Virus record (IMG/VR): IMGVR_UViG_3300045988_171772
Coordinates: 160,001 to 224,000 of that record
Length of the DNA: 64,000 nt
Origin: a virus
Direction: 5' to 3' (one strand)
Shown: piece by piece, positions 26,264 through 36,603 of the stretch
Layout of the letters: every line of letters begins with the position of its first letter
Numbering within the stretch: the stretch's first letter is position 1
Position numbers and translations under genes: made by a program
Notes under the pieces: model-generated
Databases searched by the model: none
Told to the model about the DNA's origin: nothing
What the model saw: the letters and a program-made list of their open reading frames with translations, nothing else

Positions 26264-26974
26264 ATGGCGAAGAAAGAAAAAGATATCGTCACTTCCAAAT
26301 GGAGAAGCTTTGTCTCTATCATCAAAGCATTGGAACCACTGGCAAAAGGAATTGTCAAGACAGATCTGAATGAGATCTTCCTCAATATGAAGGATGGTAC
26401 CTATAAGGAATCCTTTGCTGTCATCCATGACAATGAGATGACTCCCCTCTATCAATGGCTCTGTACCGATCTGGATACCATGCTGGGTCAATTGAAAGAT
26501 AAGAAGATCCAGACTAAGGGAGTTTGGATTGAGGATACGGATACTGAGATCAAGATCTATAAGGATGATGTCTTGGAAGTGACCTTGACAAAGCTTCCGA
26601 TCTTACAAGATCCCTCTTCAAGAAGACTTCAGGCTTATAAAGTCTATAAGAAACTTCCGGAGTATTATGAGCAGCTCATTCATACTCCGGATAAAGAGTG
26701 GATCCCAATCGAAGACAATGCCTTGGAGATGCTGATGGATAAGAAGCCAATCTCTTACACCGTCATCTTCAACAATGTCGAGCAAGAAGTTGGATCTGTG
26801 GATATGATGCTCAGTCCTTCTTCCTTCCCCATGATCAGTAAAGTGATCCATATGGATGTCTGTCTTCTCAATGCAGATCGTGTCAATGAGAAGTATTACA
26901 TTGGCATCCGAGAAGAGTATTCGAACTTCACTCTCTATTCCATCATCGCCATCATGATGGTGGATGACGACTAA
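26264..26974 (+). CDS. hypothetical protein (236 aa); a sliding-clamp-like role is only a size/position guess
   Basis: AAAGGTGA lies 8 nt upstream of the ATG at 26264 (the track start at 26252 is GTG inside the SD). It sits immediately downstream of the polymerase gene. Its length is similar to T4 gp45, but no motif-level support was found. Confidence 0.6.
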   Translation: MAKKEKDIVTSKWRSFVSIIKALEPLAKGIVKTDLNEIFLNMKDGTYKESFAVIHDNEMTPLYQWLCTDLDTMLGQLKDKKIQTKGVWIEDTDTEIKIYKDDVLEVTLTKLPILQDPSSRRLQAYKVYKKLPEYYEQLIHTPDKEWIPIEDNALEMLMDKKPISYTVIFNNVEQEVGSVDMMLSPSSFPMISKVIHMDVCLLNADRVNEKYYIGIREEYSNFTLYSIIAIMMVDDD

Positions 26975-26984
26975 AAGATTTATA

Positions 26985-27026
26985 AAGGGTACCCAGAGAC
27001 AGGATTCTGGGTACCCTTTATTTTTT
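26985..27026 (+). terminator. intrinsic terminator
   Basis: 13-bp stem AAGGGTACCCAGA (26985-26997) / TCTGGGTACCCTT (27006-27018), then TATTTTTT. Confidence 0.8.
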
Positions 27027-27047
27027 ACACGAAAACACAGCCTTAAA

Positions 27048-29498
27048 ATGAGCCTTATGGAAAGGAGTGTTTTCCTCTTGGCAAGAAATACAAGACAGAC
27101 GGATGAGAAGAGGGCAGCTGATGCAAATAAGAAAGCTTCGAATTTAGACAAAGCCATTACCAAATTTATGGGTTTTGCCGATCCTTCTTATGAGCCTATC
27201 CAAGATATTGTCGATCGAAATGATCGTTTTCAAAAGGTATTAAATCAGCAGAACGATATCATTCATGGTATCTCTGGTGGTTCTGTCGTGGACTTTATGC
27301 AGATGCTGCAGAATGATCCCATGACAAGAAGTTCTCAGTATGGAAACCGTCGGGTGATGACAGATGTCAATCAGATGGATATCACTAGACAGTTGAAGCA
27401 AAGTTCCGGAGATCTCTATGGATATTTTCAAGATATCTATTCCAATAAGTTTGTGGAAATGGCGGATCTTGAATTTATCCGTAAATTTATTCCTGCTTTG
27501 GGTGAAGCGGTTTCTACCACTCAGGATGCAATCGTAGCCTCTGATTCTCTCAATGGTACCATTAGTCGTACCATTGATTTCGATTCGTCTGTATCCGAGT
27601 CTATTCGAAATCAGACGATGAAGGAAATTGAGAAAATTGAAAAGGATCTGAAACTTCAGAAGAAGATCAAGAATGTAATCGTAAAGAATACTTTGGTATC
27701 TGGTACGTATTACATCTATGCGATTCCTTACAATGATCTCTTTGAGAATTATTCCAGAGAAAGAGCGGAAGCAGTTGCCACTGGTACAGGTCAGCAGTTT
27801 GGTAAGATTACGGAATCTTCCACATTTGAGGCCTTTGTCAGTGGAGAAGACTTTCAGGTGAAATTGGATGCTGACTCTGTGGTGGAATCTCTCATGAGTG
27901 GAGAAGATCCTTCAGATAAAATGGAGAATAAAAAGAAATACAAAGAATTCGTATCCTCCATTCAAGAGCATCTTTCCACTGTGAAAATCATTGGCTCTCC
28001 TGTATTGGAAGATCTTCTTCTGGATACAAGAAGTCTAGATAAAGGAGCCATGGAAGCATCTGGCAAACAGGTGACTGTGAATGACCCTTCCTATGTGGGA
28101 GTCTATACCAAGTATTTTGGAAAGACACCTATCACAGGAGTGAATGATGCCGGTGTAGTCAATACTAACAAAGGTGTCGAAATCAATGCCGAGCATGGAT
28201 TCGGACAGACTGGTACCTATGTGAAGTATATCAACCCTCGGAATATGATTCCGATTAAGTTGATGGATGAGACCGTAGGATATTATTATGTCGCAGTGAG
28301 AAAGAGCAATGGTGGTACCCAGAATCAGACGATGAGTCGGAATGGTACTCCCATGATCAATACTCAGTCTGTACTTGGATCTGGTTCTAACAATACCATC
28401 TTTAGCACTGTGAATCTCACAGATGCGAAGAGAACCGCTGTTGTGGATACCATCATCCAGGCTATGACACAGCAGATCATCCGTAGATTCAATAAGAAAT
28501 TCGTCATTGCCAATTCCAACTTTAAGAAGGTCATTGCAGACTGTATCAATTACAATGGGTATATGGATAACGAATATCACATTCAGTTTATTCCTGCTCA
28601 GTATGTAATTGAATTCAAGGTAAATGAAGATGAGAATGAGAATGGAGTCTCTATGCTTCAGAATTCTCTCTTCCCTGCAAAACTTCTTTTGAGCCTTATG
28701 GTATCTCGTCTATTGAATTATCTCAATAAGAGTGCCGATAAGACCTTGGTATATCTGGCAAAAGGACCCATTGATGTTCATACAGGAAATCAGGTCCAGA
28801 GAGTTATTCGGAATATCCAGGAGACCCAGATTACCTTCAGTGATCTTCTTTCTACCAATATGGTCTTCAGTAAGTTTGGAAGAAATCAGAATATGATCAT
28901 TCCGAACTCTAGATCTGGTAAGAGATTGGCAGAATTCGAGACTCAGGAAGGTATGCAAGTGGATATGTCTCCTGAGTATGAGAATAAGCTTGAGCAGATG
29001 GCAATTCTTGGTACTGGTGTGCCGAGTGTCATCATGGAATATATTGGTCAATCTGATTTTGCTAAGGGATTTGAGACAGGCAATATTAAATTTGCCTCTC
29101 ATATTGCTTCGTATCAGATGGACTTTGAGACACCTCTGACAGAATTCTATCAGAAGCTGGTAGAGAATTCTGAATTGTCGGATAGTGTCAAGGATGCTGT
29201 GAGAAATAAGTTTGAATTCCATTTCCCGAGACCCAAAGTGTTGGCTGTCTCGAATAACTCTGAGAATCTGGGTAATCTTCAGACTCTCATGCAGGTCTTG
29301 ATCTCGATCTACTATGGGGAAGATACGCAGTCTATTCCCAAGTATGAGCAGAAGAAGACCAAGTTTATGCAGTTGGCTGCGAGAAAGTATGCTCCGTATA
29401 TCAACTGGGATGAATTTGATGATTTCTTCAAGAAAGCCAATCTGGAAGTGGATGAGAATAAAGTCAACCAAGAGACCAATCGGAGCTCTGGTGTCTAA
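27048..29498 (+). CDS. portal protein, T4 gp20-like (start uncertain: ATG 27048/27057 or TTG 27078)
   Basis: The track start at 26964 lies upstream of terminator 26985-27026 and is rejected. IPALGEAVSTTQDAIVASD...GTYYIYAI runs colinear with T4 gp20 VDNAVSEIVSDAIVYED...RIFFHKI, and later SRLLNY..ADKTLVYLAKG resembles gp20 YRITRAPDRRVWYVDTG (from memory). Confidence 0.65.
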   Translation: MSLMERSVFLLARNTRQTDEKRAADANKKASNLDKAITKFMGFADPSYEPIQDIVDRNDRFQKVLNQQNDIIHGISGGSVVDFMQMLQNDPMTRSSQYGNRRVMTDVNQMDITRQLKQSSGDLYGYFQDIYSNKFVEMADLEFIRKFIPALGEAVSTTQDAIVASDSLNGTISRTIDFDSSVSESIRNQTMKEIEKIEKDLKLQKKIKNVIVKNTLVSGTYYIYAIPYNDLFENYSRERAEAVATGTGQQFGKITESSTFEAFVSGEDFQVKLDADSVVESLMSGEDPSDKMENKKKYKEFVSSIQEHLSTVKIIGSPVLEDLLLDTRSLDKGAMEASGKQVTVNDPSYVGVYTKYFGKTPITGVNDAGVVNTNKGVEINAEHGFGQTGTYVKYINPRNMIPIKLMDETVGYYYVAVRKSNGGTQNQTMSRNGTPMINTQSVLGSGSNNTIFSTVNLTDAKRTAVVDTIIQAMTQQIIRRFNKKFVIANSNFKKVIADCINYNGYMDNEYHIQFIPAQYVIEFKVNEDENENGVSMLQNSLFPAKLLLSLMVSRLLNYLNKSADKTLVYLAKGPIDVHTGNQVQRVIRNIQETQITFSDLLSTNMVFSKFGRNQNMIIPNSRSGKRLAEFETQEGMQVDMSPEYENKLEQMAILGTGVPSVIMEYIGQSDFAKGFETGNIKFASHIASYQMDFETPLTEFYQKLVENSELSDSVKDAVRNKFEFHFPRPKVLAVSNNSENLGNLQTLMQVLISIYYGEDTQSIPKYEQKKTKFMQLAARKYAPYINWDEFDDFFKKANLEVDENKVNQETNRSSGV

Positions 29499-29502
29499 CT
29501 AA

Positions 29503-29566
29503 CACAAAAATACCTAGTATGATTCTAGTTTCTATATACTAAGAATCATACTAGGTATTTATTTTG
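29503..29566. terminator. bidirectional intrinsic terminator
   Basis: 19-bp perfect stem 29508-29526/29542-29560, flanked by an A-run and a T-run, between convergent genes. Confidence 0.8.
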
Positions 29567-29569
29567 TCT

Positions 29570-31279
29570 TTAGCGAATCATGACTTCTTTGCCAGATCCA
29601 TCCATCTTCTTATAGAAGACACTGGGCATATCCTTTTCATCAAGCTTGGTTCCATGGGCAATGCCAATCATCTCACTGGCGCCACCATTGAATCCTTCCA
29701 TGGTGATATGAGTTGTGATCAGAGGATCGTACCCAGCACCATAGATCTTGACATCCATGACAGGGCTGCCCGCATAATGCTCCAAGACAACTTTGTGAGC
29801 TCTTCCATGATAGAAGTCAACCAGACTGGCAATCTTATTCATCTGAGCTTTGTAGCCTTCCATGACTCTCTGCTCCAGAATGGTTTCCTTACGGACATTC
29901 ACAGGAGCATTGAGCTCTTTCAGAGTAGACTGCATAGACTCGATAGCAGAAGACAGAGCCTGATGAGACTTATCGAAGTAGGGATCATCTGTAGGAATAG
30001 ACTGATTCAGCTTGGTCAGATTTTCAATCCCAGATTCCAGAGCATCAATCTTCTCATACTTGGTCATATTGAACCGAGGACGAGAATTCCGAATGGTCTG
30101 AGCCACAGAGGAAGCAACAATCGTCTTCATATCGTTATACTTTCTCTGGATGGGATTGTAAGCCTCTGTAACGGCTTTCAGATCCATGACAGAGGGTTTC
30201 ACCAGGTTCATGGTATGCAGAGTCTCGATCATGGTGTAGGCGATAGTCGCATCAACCAGAGCAGACTCAACCACAGTCTTTCTCTCATCCTTATTCAGCT
30301 TCTGAGAGTTAGTATAACTCATCACGAAGTCGAGGGCTCGATCCGGACTGGTTTTGGTAATAAAGGTATCGGGGAGTGTGGATTCCAGAGTGAGATCCAG
30401 AATACGATCCTTAGAGATCTCATCGGTATCCATCAAAGCCACATTCTCTGTAGCCACAATCTGCTCCATAGCCTTATTCAGGATGGAGTTGAAGAAGGAT
30501 TTGTGCTGGTCAGGTCTCCGAAGAGCACCGCCGGAAATACGAGTAAGAAAAGATTCGGTAGCATCCAAATCGTCTCCATCTTCGTCAGAGGAGTCATCCT
30601 TCTTCTCACCTTTATCTTTCTTTTCGTCTTCCTCGTCCTCTTCATCTTCTGAATCAGAATCTTCCTCTGAATCCTCCTCATCCTCGTCTTCCTTGGATGT
30701 ATCCTCTTCATCGGTATCTTCCTCATCTTCCATACCATCATCAGAATGATCAAATTCTTCATCCTGAGATGCGATGGCTTCTTTCAGAGCCTGATTGACC
30801 TCGTCATTCCGAGCACGTGCTTCACGCTCTTCATCCAGAGTCTTCAGCACTTTCTCTTTGACGATTTCAGCAACACGATCGAGATCCAGCTTGTCAGCCT
30901 TCTCGACGTATTCCGCATACTCCTTCTTATCCAGAGTAGGCGCTACCATATCTTCTCTAGCAATTTCTTTCTTGCCAGAGGAAACACGGGAGATTGCACG
31001 ATTTGCCGTTTCCAGACAAACGTCCCGCATATCAGAGAGGAACTGTTTCTTTGCAGGATCCTTCTCATTATTCATTGCGTATGTCAGAGTATCAAAGCCT
31101 CCGAAGCTCTCAACCACTTTCAGAGTGTACTCCGCAAGAGTCCGCTCATTTTCTTCACTCATGTCGAGACGATTGAACGGAAGAGCATCCATGAAGGCCT
31201 CATTGACAATCGCAGCGAAGGTCGTGTTGAGAAGCTTATAAGAAGCGGAGCTTTGATAGACAGCATTATTGATCTTCAT
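29570..31279 (-). CDS. hypothetical helical protein with ~60-aa poly-acidic tract (569 aa); scaffold or internal head protein is a guess
   Basis: AAAGGAG lies 10 nt upstream. The internal run DEEFDHSDDGMEDEEDTDEEDTSKEDEDEEDSEEDSDSEDEEDEEDEKKDKGEKKDDSSDEDGDD falls at nt ~30570-30760. Confidence 0.65.
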   Translation of the reverse strand: MKINNAVYQSSASYKLLNTTFAAIVNEAFMDALPFNRLDMSEENERTLAEYTLKVVESFGGFDTLTYAMNNEKDPAKKQFLSDMRDVCLETANRAISRVSSGKKEIAREDMVAPTLDKKEYAEYVEKADKLDLDRVAEIVKEKVLKTLDEEREARARNDEVNQALKEAIASQDEEFDHSDDGMEDEEDTDEEDTSKEDEDEEDSEEDSDSEDEEDEEDEKKDKGEKKDDSSDEDGDDLDATESFLTRISGGALRRPDQHKSFFNSILNKAMEQIVATENVALMDTDEISKDRILDLTLESTLPDTFITKTSPDRALDFVMSYTNSQKLNKDERKTVVESALVDATIAYTMIETLHTMNLVKPSVMDLKAVTEAYNPIQRKYNDMKTIVASSVAQTIRNSRPRFNMTKYEKIDALESGIENLTKLNQSIPTDDPYFDKSHQALSSAIESMQSTLKELNAPVNVRKETILEQRVMEGYKAQMNKIASLVDFYHGRAHKVVLEHYAGSPVMDVKIYGAGYDPLITTHITMEGFNGGASEMIGIAHGTKLDEKDMPSVFYKKMDGSGKEVMIR

Positions 31280-31351
31280 TGCTATCCGTCTCCTTTATTT
31301 GGAATGTGTGGAAATAAAATCGTTATTTACGTGTTTTAAACCTGCTCCACA

Positions 31352-31600
31352 TTAGAGGTACTGAGCTACTTCAGAAGAAGGATCAATCTCGACTCCATAC
31401 TTATTGGCAGCTTTCTTAATGCGAGAAGCAAGAGCGCGTTTCTTACCAGGAGGTGCTTTATGGAAATATGAGATAGCAGATCTCACATGGGCAGCATCCG
31501 TAAGAGGATACTTTCTCAATTCAGGAATCCCAAACTGAGAATCCTTCAATTGATTTCTCTCTTTGGTAGAGAGCTCTGCTTCCATGATATCGTAATTCAT
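31352..31600 (-). CDS. small basic hypothetical protein (82 aa)
   Basis: GAGGTGA lies 9 nt upstream. Contains the segment RKYPLTDAAHVRSAISYF. Confidence 0.6.
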   Translation of the reverse strand: MNYDIMEAELSTKERNQLKDSQFGIPELRKYPLTDAAHVRSAISYFHKAPPGKKRALASRIKKAANKYGVEIDPSSEVAQYL

Positions 31601-31614
31601 AAAGAAGCTTCACC

Positions 31615-34600
31615 TCACTCTTCCAACATGGTGATCTCAATAGAGGTCACCAATTCGTAATTCTCATTCGAAGTATCGATGTTGATAAACTCAGGCACAT
31701 ACTCGTTATAACCCAGATCACGAATCTTAGTCGTGAAGTTCGATACGATCTTCTGTGCAGAGCTATCATAGTCATTGAATCCATAATACTCCATATAGAG
31801 AATTTCATCAAAGTTGGCTTTGCAATCTGCAATGAGGTTCATCATGTAGATCGAGCGACCCTCATTCTCAATCTCATTGACAGACTCAATGTAATTCTTG
31901 ACCCAAGCAGAGAATCGCTTTCTAAAGTCAGCCTCAGAAGACAGAGTATCTAGCTTGATACCAAACTTGAGAGTGCAGTTGACATGATCGAGATCTTTCC
32001 TCTGCTCAAGATCATTGCCAGATCCAACCTGATAGAATCTAGACCTACCATAGGTATTGAAGAATTTCATATCGATAGAGAAATTCTCTTCCAGATAGGT
32101 ATAGACATCACGGATCTCTTTGTAATTGGAGAGGATGCAACTTACAAGGAATTGTGAGTTTTCGATATTCTTAACCCACTGAGCCTTGATCAGAGGAACT
32201 CCATTCAGAGTATAGGTAGTCTTACCATAACTCTTCTGAGTTTCATTGATCGGGTCATCACTGAAAGGATCATATTCTGCAATAGCAGTAGACCGGATGA
32301 ATTCAATGGGTTCAATGAAGGAGAAGGATTCGGTTTCAGCCATGGTATATTGGTTGGTAAACGTATAGTTTCCAAGAATATACCGGTTGCTTCCATACTC
32401 TCCAGGGTTGTTATTGTCTGCATACTTGATAAAGGTTACGATATCAAATGTGCAGTTATTCATTGTGATATTGGCAGATTTGGTATCGACCTCATTGCCA
32501 TTTGCATCATAGACACCATGAGACAGAATGGTAGTATTCTCCGTAGAGATCATATCAGAAGCCTGCACATAACCACGGAATGTATAATAGTTATTTTCCT
32601 GATCGTACTCTTCCAATACCATCGGGATGAATCTACCGTTATTCTCAGTAAATTCTTCTCCATTGACGATCAGCATCATACGCATGAGCTGCTTATCCTT
32701 CAACTTACGAATGGCAAGAATGTCATTCTTATTGAAGGTATCGGCAACTTCATACTGCATGGTATATCCGGCATCAAACTGATAGTTGGAAGTGCCAAGA
32801 GACCAGTTCTGAGAAGATACACGAATCTTTTCAGAAGTACCATCATCATAGACGACCGTAGCATAGACACCGGATCGATAATCCACACGATTATCACCGG
32901 TACCAATGGTAAAGGGTTCCTCGTACCGAATGATGGAGACATAGCCACTATTCTTAGCACGAATCAGGATGGTACCATCTGCATCATTCTCTTTTGTGAT
33001 ATCCAAATCATTGTAATCACAAGCAAGATCCAGGAAATCCGTCTCTTCTGTAGAGGGAGTGATCACAGCCTCGAATGCATAGAAGTTCTCACCTACAATA
33101 GCATTCCGAGTTACCTTCATACTATTGAGGAGGAACTGGATGTAGCTGACTGCGCCATCGGCAATCGTCTTGTAGTCGAAGGTCAGTCTGGTATTGACAG
33201 AGTTGAGATAATACATCACCGCATTGGGTTTACGCATGATGGAGATAATAAACGGATTGGTATAGAGGAAATAGGAGATATCTGCATAGATAATTCCATC
33301 TTCCTCCTCAATCTGAGTATAGTCTTCCATATGCTTAATTGTGATCTTATTATTCAACTGCACATACTCGATGATGTCCGCAATGAATTTGTCCAAAGCG
33401 ACGCCAGTGACTTCGAAATGGTCACCATCAATCTCGGATACGATGATGTCTTCGGAATACATATAGAGTCTTCTGATGGCAGTACGAATCGCATCCGAGA
33501 TTTTCTCGTAGTTATTCATATCCGTCGCCAGAGAGAAGTTATGATCTCTAAGACCCATATACTTGTATCCTTCTTCACCATATCGGAAGATTGCACCAGG
33601 CTTCAGAATCAGACGATCTGAAGTCTCATAGTAATCATCGAAGTCAGAGTATCCCGTATGCTTCACAGTCATGGATACGGATCCTTGGCCAGATCCAGCA
33701 ATCGAGATGATATCAACATAATCCTCATAGCAATCTCTGATACGATAGTATCTCGTAATACTATTGAGGAAGATTTCGATGAAGTCTGTAGTAGATACTC
33801 CACTAAAGAGGAAAGTATCTTTATTTTGAGTCACACTGGTGATTCGATTATCAAAGTTAGGAAGATCAAGAGCACATTTCTCAATCTGAGTAATGACATC
33901 TTCATACGTTGAAGTACGAGTGTCTACCAGATTGGGATTGACAATGGTGCTATTGGTCTGATCCACACCTTGATTCAATTCGATATTCAGAGTATTGGAA
34001 GGAATCACCATACCAGCAGTATCCTTCATAAGCATGAAGGCACCATACAGACGCTGGAATACGTCATCTCTCTTCTTAAAGAATACGATCTTATTCGTAT
34101 CATTCAGCATCTTCTTGTCGAAATATCTCTGAAGGTCAGCATCCGTACAGATGGTTTCGTTGGTAGCATAGGCATACTCAACCTCAGTACGGAATTGCTC
34201 AATCTCTTCGATATCGACACCGCCAGTAGAAGCACCAATGGTCTGACCATCAATAATGACAGTAGACTGTCTGGGTGTGTTGGTACTGGGGAAGGTACAG
34301 GTAAGATTCCCTTTATATTCATCAAAGTTGCCATCTGCACCCAAGGTAGTGTAGAGTCTCACTCTGATGGTAGAGTTCCACTTCGGGTTGAAGTAGATAT
34401 TGGCAGGGAAGTGAATCCGAAGAGTGTTGTTATCCCTAAGCATATACTGCACAAAGGGAGTCCTCGGTGTATCCGAACCCAAGAGAATCTTTTCCAACTG
34501 AACTTCTGCACTATTGGCATTCTCCTGATAGAAGACTTCGAAGGATGCTAATTTACCAGAAATAGCAATATCATTGGTAACGACATCGACCAAAGAGTTC

Positions 34601-35259
34601 TTGGTAATCGCAATACTCTTCTCTGTCATAGTAACCTGACGGAGGAAGCATGTGATCAGAATCAGTCTTTCTCCATTCAGAGTCACAATCTTATTCTGGA
34701 GATAGACAGTATTGTCTGTATCCAGAGAATTCTTGGTAGAGATATCATAGCGAATCGTATAGACGTAATTGTCTCTACGAGCAATGGCATTGGTACCGGT
34801 ATTAACAGTATCCTGAATCAATCCGTTATATTTCGATCCAGTAACCACAATAGGATGATCCAGCATAAAGGGAATCTTATTTGCCATAAACTTGATATCA
34901 TCCCGGATGGTGTAGGATTGAGAATTCTTAATCAGATTGATGATGTCATTCTCTTTAATAACAAGAACGGATCTGACACGAGCTGGTACACTCATAGGAG
35001 CATCCAGTCTCTGCAGAGCTGCCATACGATAAATCGATTCATCATACAGAGCATGAGTCGGATAGAACTCTCTACGAGCTACAGAAACCGCATTGAAGAC
35101 ATCTTCCGTTACGGTACCCATAACTTCGTTGATATATCCGAAGATACCTGTACGATAATTCGCTACTTGATCAAAGTTAAAGTATTTAGGAGCAATGTCA
35201 TCTATCCAGTCTTTGACCGCAGTCGTAAGATCTGTATAGTCTCTCAAAGATCCAGCCAT
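31615..35259 (-). CDS. very large hypothetical protein (1214 aa), probable virion (baseplate/tail) component
   Basis: Uninterrupted 3.6-kb ORF with AAAGGAG 12 nt upstream. The structural role is inferred only from size, beta-rich composition and neighbourhood. Confidence 0.65.
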   Translation of the reverse strand: MAGSLRDYTDLTTAVKDWIDDIAPKYFNFDQVANYRTGIFGYINEVMGTVTEDVFNAVSVARREFYPTHALYDESIYRMAALQRLDAPMSVPARVRSVLVIKENDIINLIKNSQSYTIRDDIKFMANKIPFMLDHPIVVTGSKYNGLIQDTVNTGTNAIARRDNYVYTIRYDISTKNSLDTDNTVYLQNKIVTLNGERLILITCFLRQVTMTEKSIAITKNSLVDVVTNDIAISGKLASFEVFYQENANSAEVQLEKILLGSDTPRTPFVQYMLRDNNTLRIHFPANIYFNPKWNSTIRVRLYTTLGADGNFDEYKGNLTCTFPSTNTPRQSTVIIDGQTIGASTGGVDIEEIEQFRTEVEYAYATNETICTDADLQRYFDKKMLNDTNKIVFFKKRDDVFQRLYGAFMLMKDTAGMVIPSNTLNIELNQGVDQTNSTIVNPNLVDTRTSTYEDVITQIEKCALDLPNFDNRITSVTQNKDTFLFSGVSTTDFIEIFLNSITRYYRIRDCYEDYVDIISIAGSGQGSVSMTVKHTGYSDFDDYYETSDRLILKPGAIFRYGEEGYKYMGLRDHNFSLATDMNNYEKISDAIRTAIRRLYMYSEDIIVSEIDGDHFEVTGVALDKFIADIIEYVQLNNKITIKHMEDYTQIEEEDGIIYADISYFLYTNPFIISIMRKPNAVMYYLNSVNTRLTFDYKTIADGAVSYIQFLLNSMKVTRNAIVGENFYAFEAVITPSTEETDFLDLACDYNDLDITKENDADGTILIRAKNSGYVSIIRYEEPFTIGTGDNRVDYRSGVYATVVYDDGTSEKIRVSSQNWSLGTSNYQFDAGYTMQYEVADTFNKNDILAIRKLKDKQLMRMMLIVNGEEFTENNGRFIPMVLEEYDQENNYYTFRGYVQASDMISTENTTILSHGVYDANGNEVDTKSANITMNNCTFDIVTFIKYADNNNPGEYGSNRYILGNYTFTNQYTMAETESFSFIEPIEFIRSTAIAEYDPFSDDPINETQKSYGKTTYTLNGVPLIKAQWVKNIENSQFLVSCILSNYKEIRDVYTYLEENFSIDMKFFNTYGRSRFYQVGSGNDLEQRKDLDHVNCTLKFGIKLDTLSSEADFRKRFSAWVKNYIESVNEIENEGRSIYMMNLIADCKANFDEILYMEYYGFNDYDSSAQKIVSNFTTKIRDLGYNEYVPEFINIDTSNENYELVTSIEITMLEE

Positions 35260-35284
35260 ATCTCAGGTAAGCTCCTTTCTTTCC

Positions 35285-36409
35285 TTATTGCTCATGATCA
35301 TACTTGATCCATTGCAGATAGTAGCGACCCTCACTATTGGCGACTATCATAGGAGATCCTGTGATAATTCTGCCACTATTGAGTTTATTATCGTGATGAG
35401 GTTCGAAATATTCTCTCATCTGGGCTGGAGTCGAAGGTTTACCAACCGAGGCACCAAAATAGATATTCTGATTATTGGAACCAAGATCAGCAGCCGCACC
35501 GGTACCAGCTCGTGTCTGAATATTCTTCATCACATGGGCATTGTAATTGAATTCTCTCACAATGATAGGATTCCAATGCTCAATACTAGCTGCAACGAAC
35601 GAGATGGAACGATCCGTATCCGGAGCTCCACCTCGGTTAAAAGAAAAATCACTGAGAGGTACCCCAGTGGGAACCGCTGCGGTGATTTTTGAGAAGTATT
35701 TGATTTCCTGACCATCAGCAGCACACATGATGACATAGATGCTGGTGAAATAATCAGCAATTTTATTTCTTCTATAGACATCATTCGCATAGATCTGTCC
35801 ATCCATCACCTGATGAATATAGTATTCCCAGAGATAGAAGAACTTCGCTACACTGAGATCTTTGTCATCTCTGAAGTCCATAGAAAAACTAATTCCCGAA
35901 GTAGATTCATCTGCTTTTCCGAGAATGTAGTATTTGTAGTTACTGAAGAGCTGTCCCACAGCATCGTTTCTGATTTCGAAATCCTGAATGGGCATAGACT
36001 TGGTTCTACCTACCAGGAAAGGAACGAAATCGTGATACGAGGAATAATCAGCTGACAGCATCTCTAATAATTCTCTATTTTCAGCAGTTTGGAAGAAATA
36101 ATTGAAAACGGGATCCGCCTGAGCAGATTCCGATAACATAGCAGTTCGGGTAGAAGATGCGCCACCATTGAAATGCACGATATTGAGATCTGGCCTGACC
36201 ATAAATACATAGGTGATAAAATTATCAATCTCATCATCTGGATAGATTAGACCATATCGGTTAAAGCCGTCAAATCGAGCATTCTGATTTTTCTCGTAAA
36301 TGCCGTGAAGATCGTGAAAATCGTCGCTCGACATGGTACTGTAAGTGTTAGAGATAGCACCCAATGCAGAATCCTGCAGGATCTCAATATCAACAGGACT
36401 AACAGCCAT
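35285..36409 (-). CDS. hypothetical protein (374 aa)
   Basis: AGGTGA lies 8 nt upstream of the ATG at 36409; the track start is GTG at 36421. Confidence 0.65.
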   Translation of the reverse strand: MAVSPVDIEILQDSALGAISNTYSTMSSDDFHDLHGIYEKNQNARFDGFNRYGLIYPDDEIDNFITYVFMVRPDLNIVHFNGGASSTRTAMLSESAQADPVFNYFFQTAENRELLEMLSADYSSYHDFVPFLVGRTKSMPIQDFEIRNDAVGQLFSNYKYYILGKADESTSGISFSMDFRDDKDLSVAKFFYLWEYYIHQVMDGQIYANDVYRRNKIADYFTSIYVIMCAADGQEIKYFSKITAAVPTGVPLSDFSFNRGGAPDTDRSISFVAASIEHWNPIIVREFNYNAHVMKNIQTRAGTGAAADLGSNNQNIYFGASVGKPSTPAQMREYFEPHHDNKLNSGRIITGSPMIVANSEGRYYLQWIKYDHEQ

Positions 36410-36499
36410 TACAAGTGTCACCTGCCTTCACATAGCTTAGATTTTAAAGGGGTGTTTTGTCACTGGATTTCATGCACTTTGAAAGAATCAAAAATTTCT

Positions 36500-36511
36500 G
36501 TATATTATTTA
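36500..36511 (+). promoter_or_regulatory. promoter-like motif GTATATTATTTA
   Basis: Copy of RTATATTATT, 93 nt upstream of the ATG at 36604. Confidence 0.3.
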
Positions 36512-36603
36512 CTTGCAGTAGAAGGATGTAGGGACTCAACATCACCGATGTGATATCTCTTTTAAAGTATTTGAAAGTGCTTTGAGAAAGGAGGTAGATC
36601 ATC

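Noticed and set aside
26964-27047. Upstream extension of the portal ORF (track start 26964).
   Set aside because: The extension overlaps the previous gene's stop and runs straight through the strong terminator hairpin at 26985-27026. SD-supported starts lie at 27048-27078.
29570-31279. The 569-aa protein as a phage-nucleus shell (chimallin) candidate, considered because the window encodes a tubulin and an RNAP fragment.
   Set aside because: No sequence feature supports it. The protein looks all-helical, has a long poly-acidic insert, and sits in a head-morphogenesis neighbourhood.
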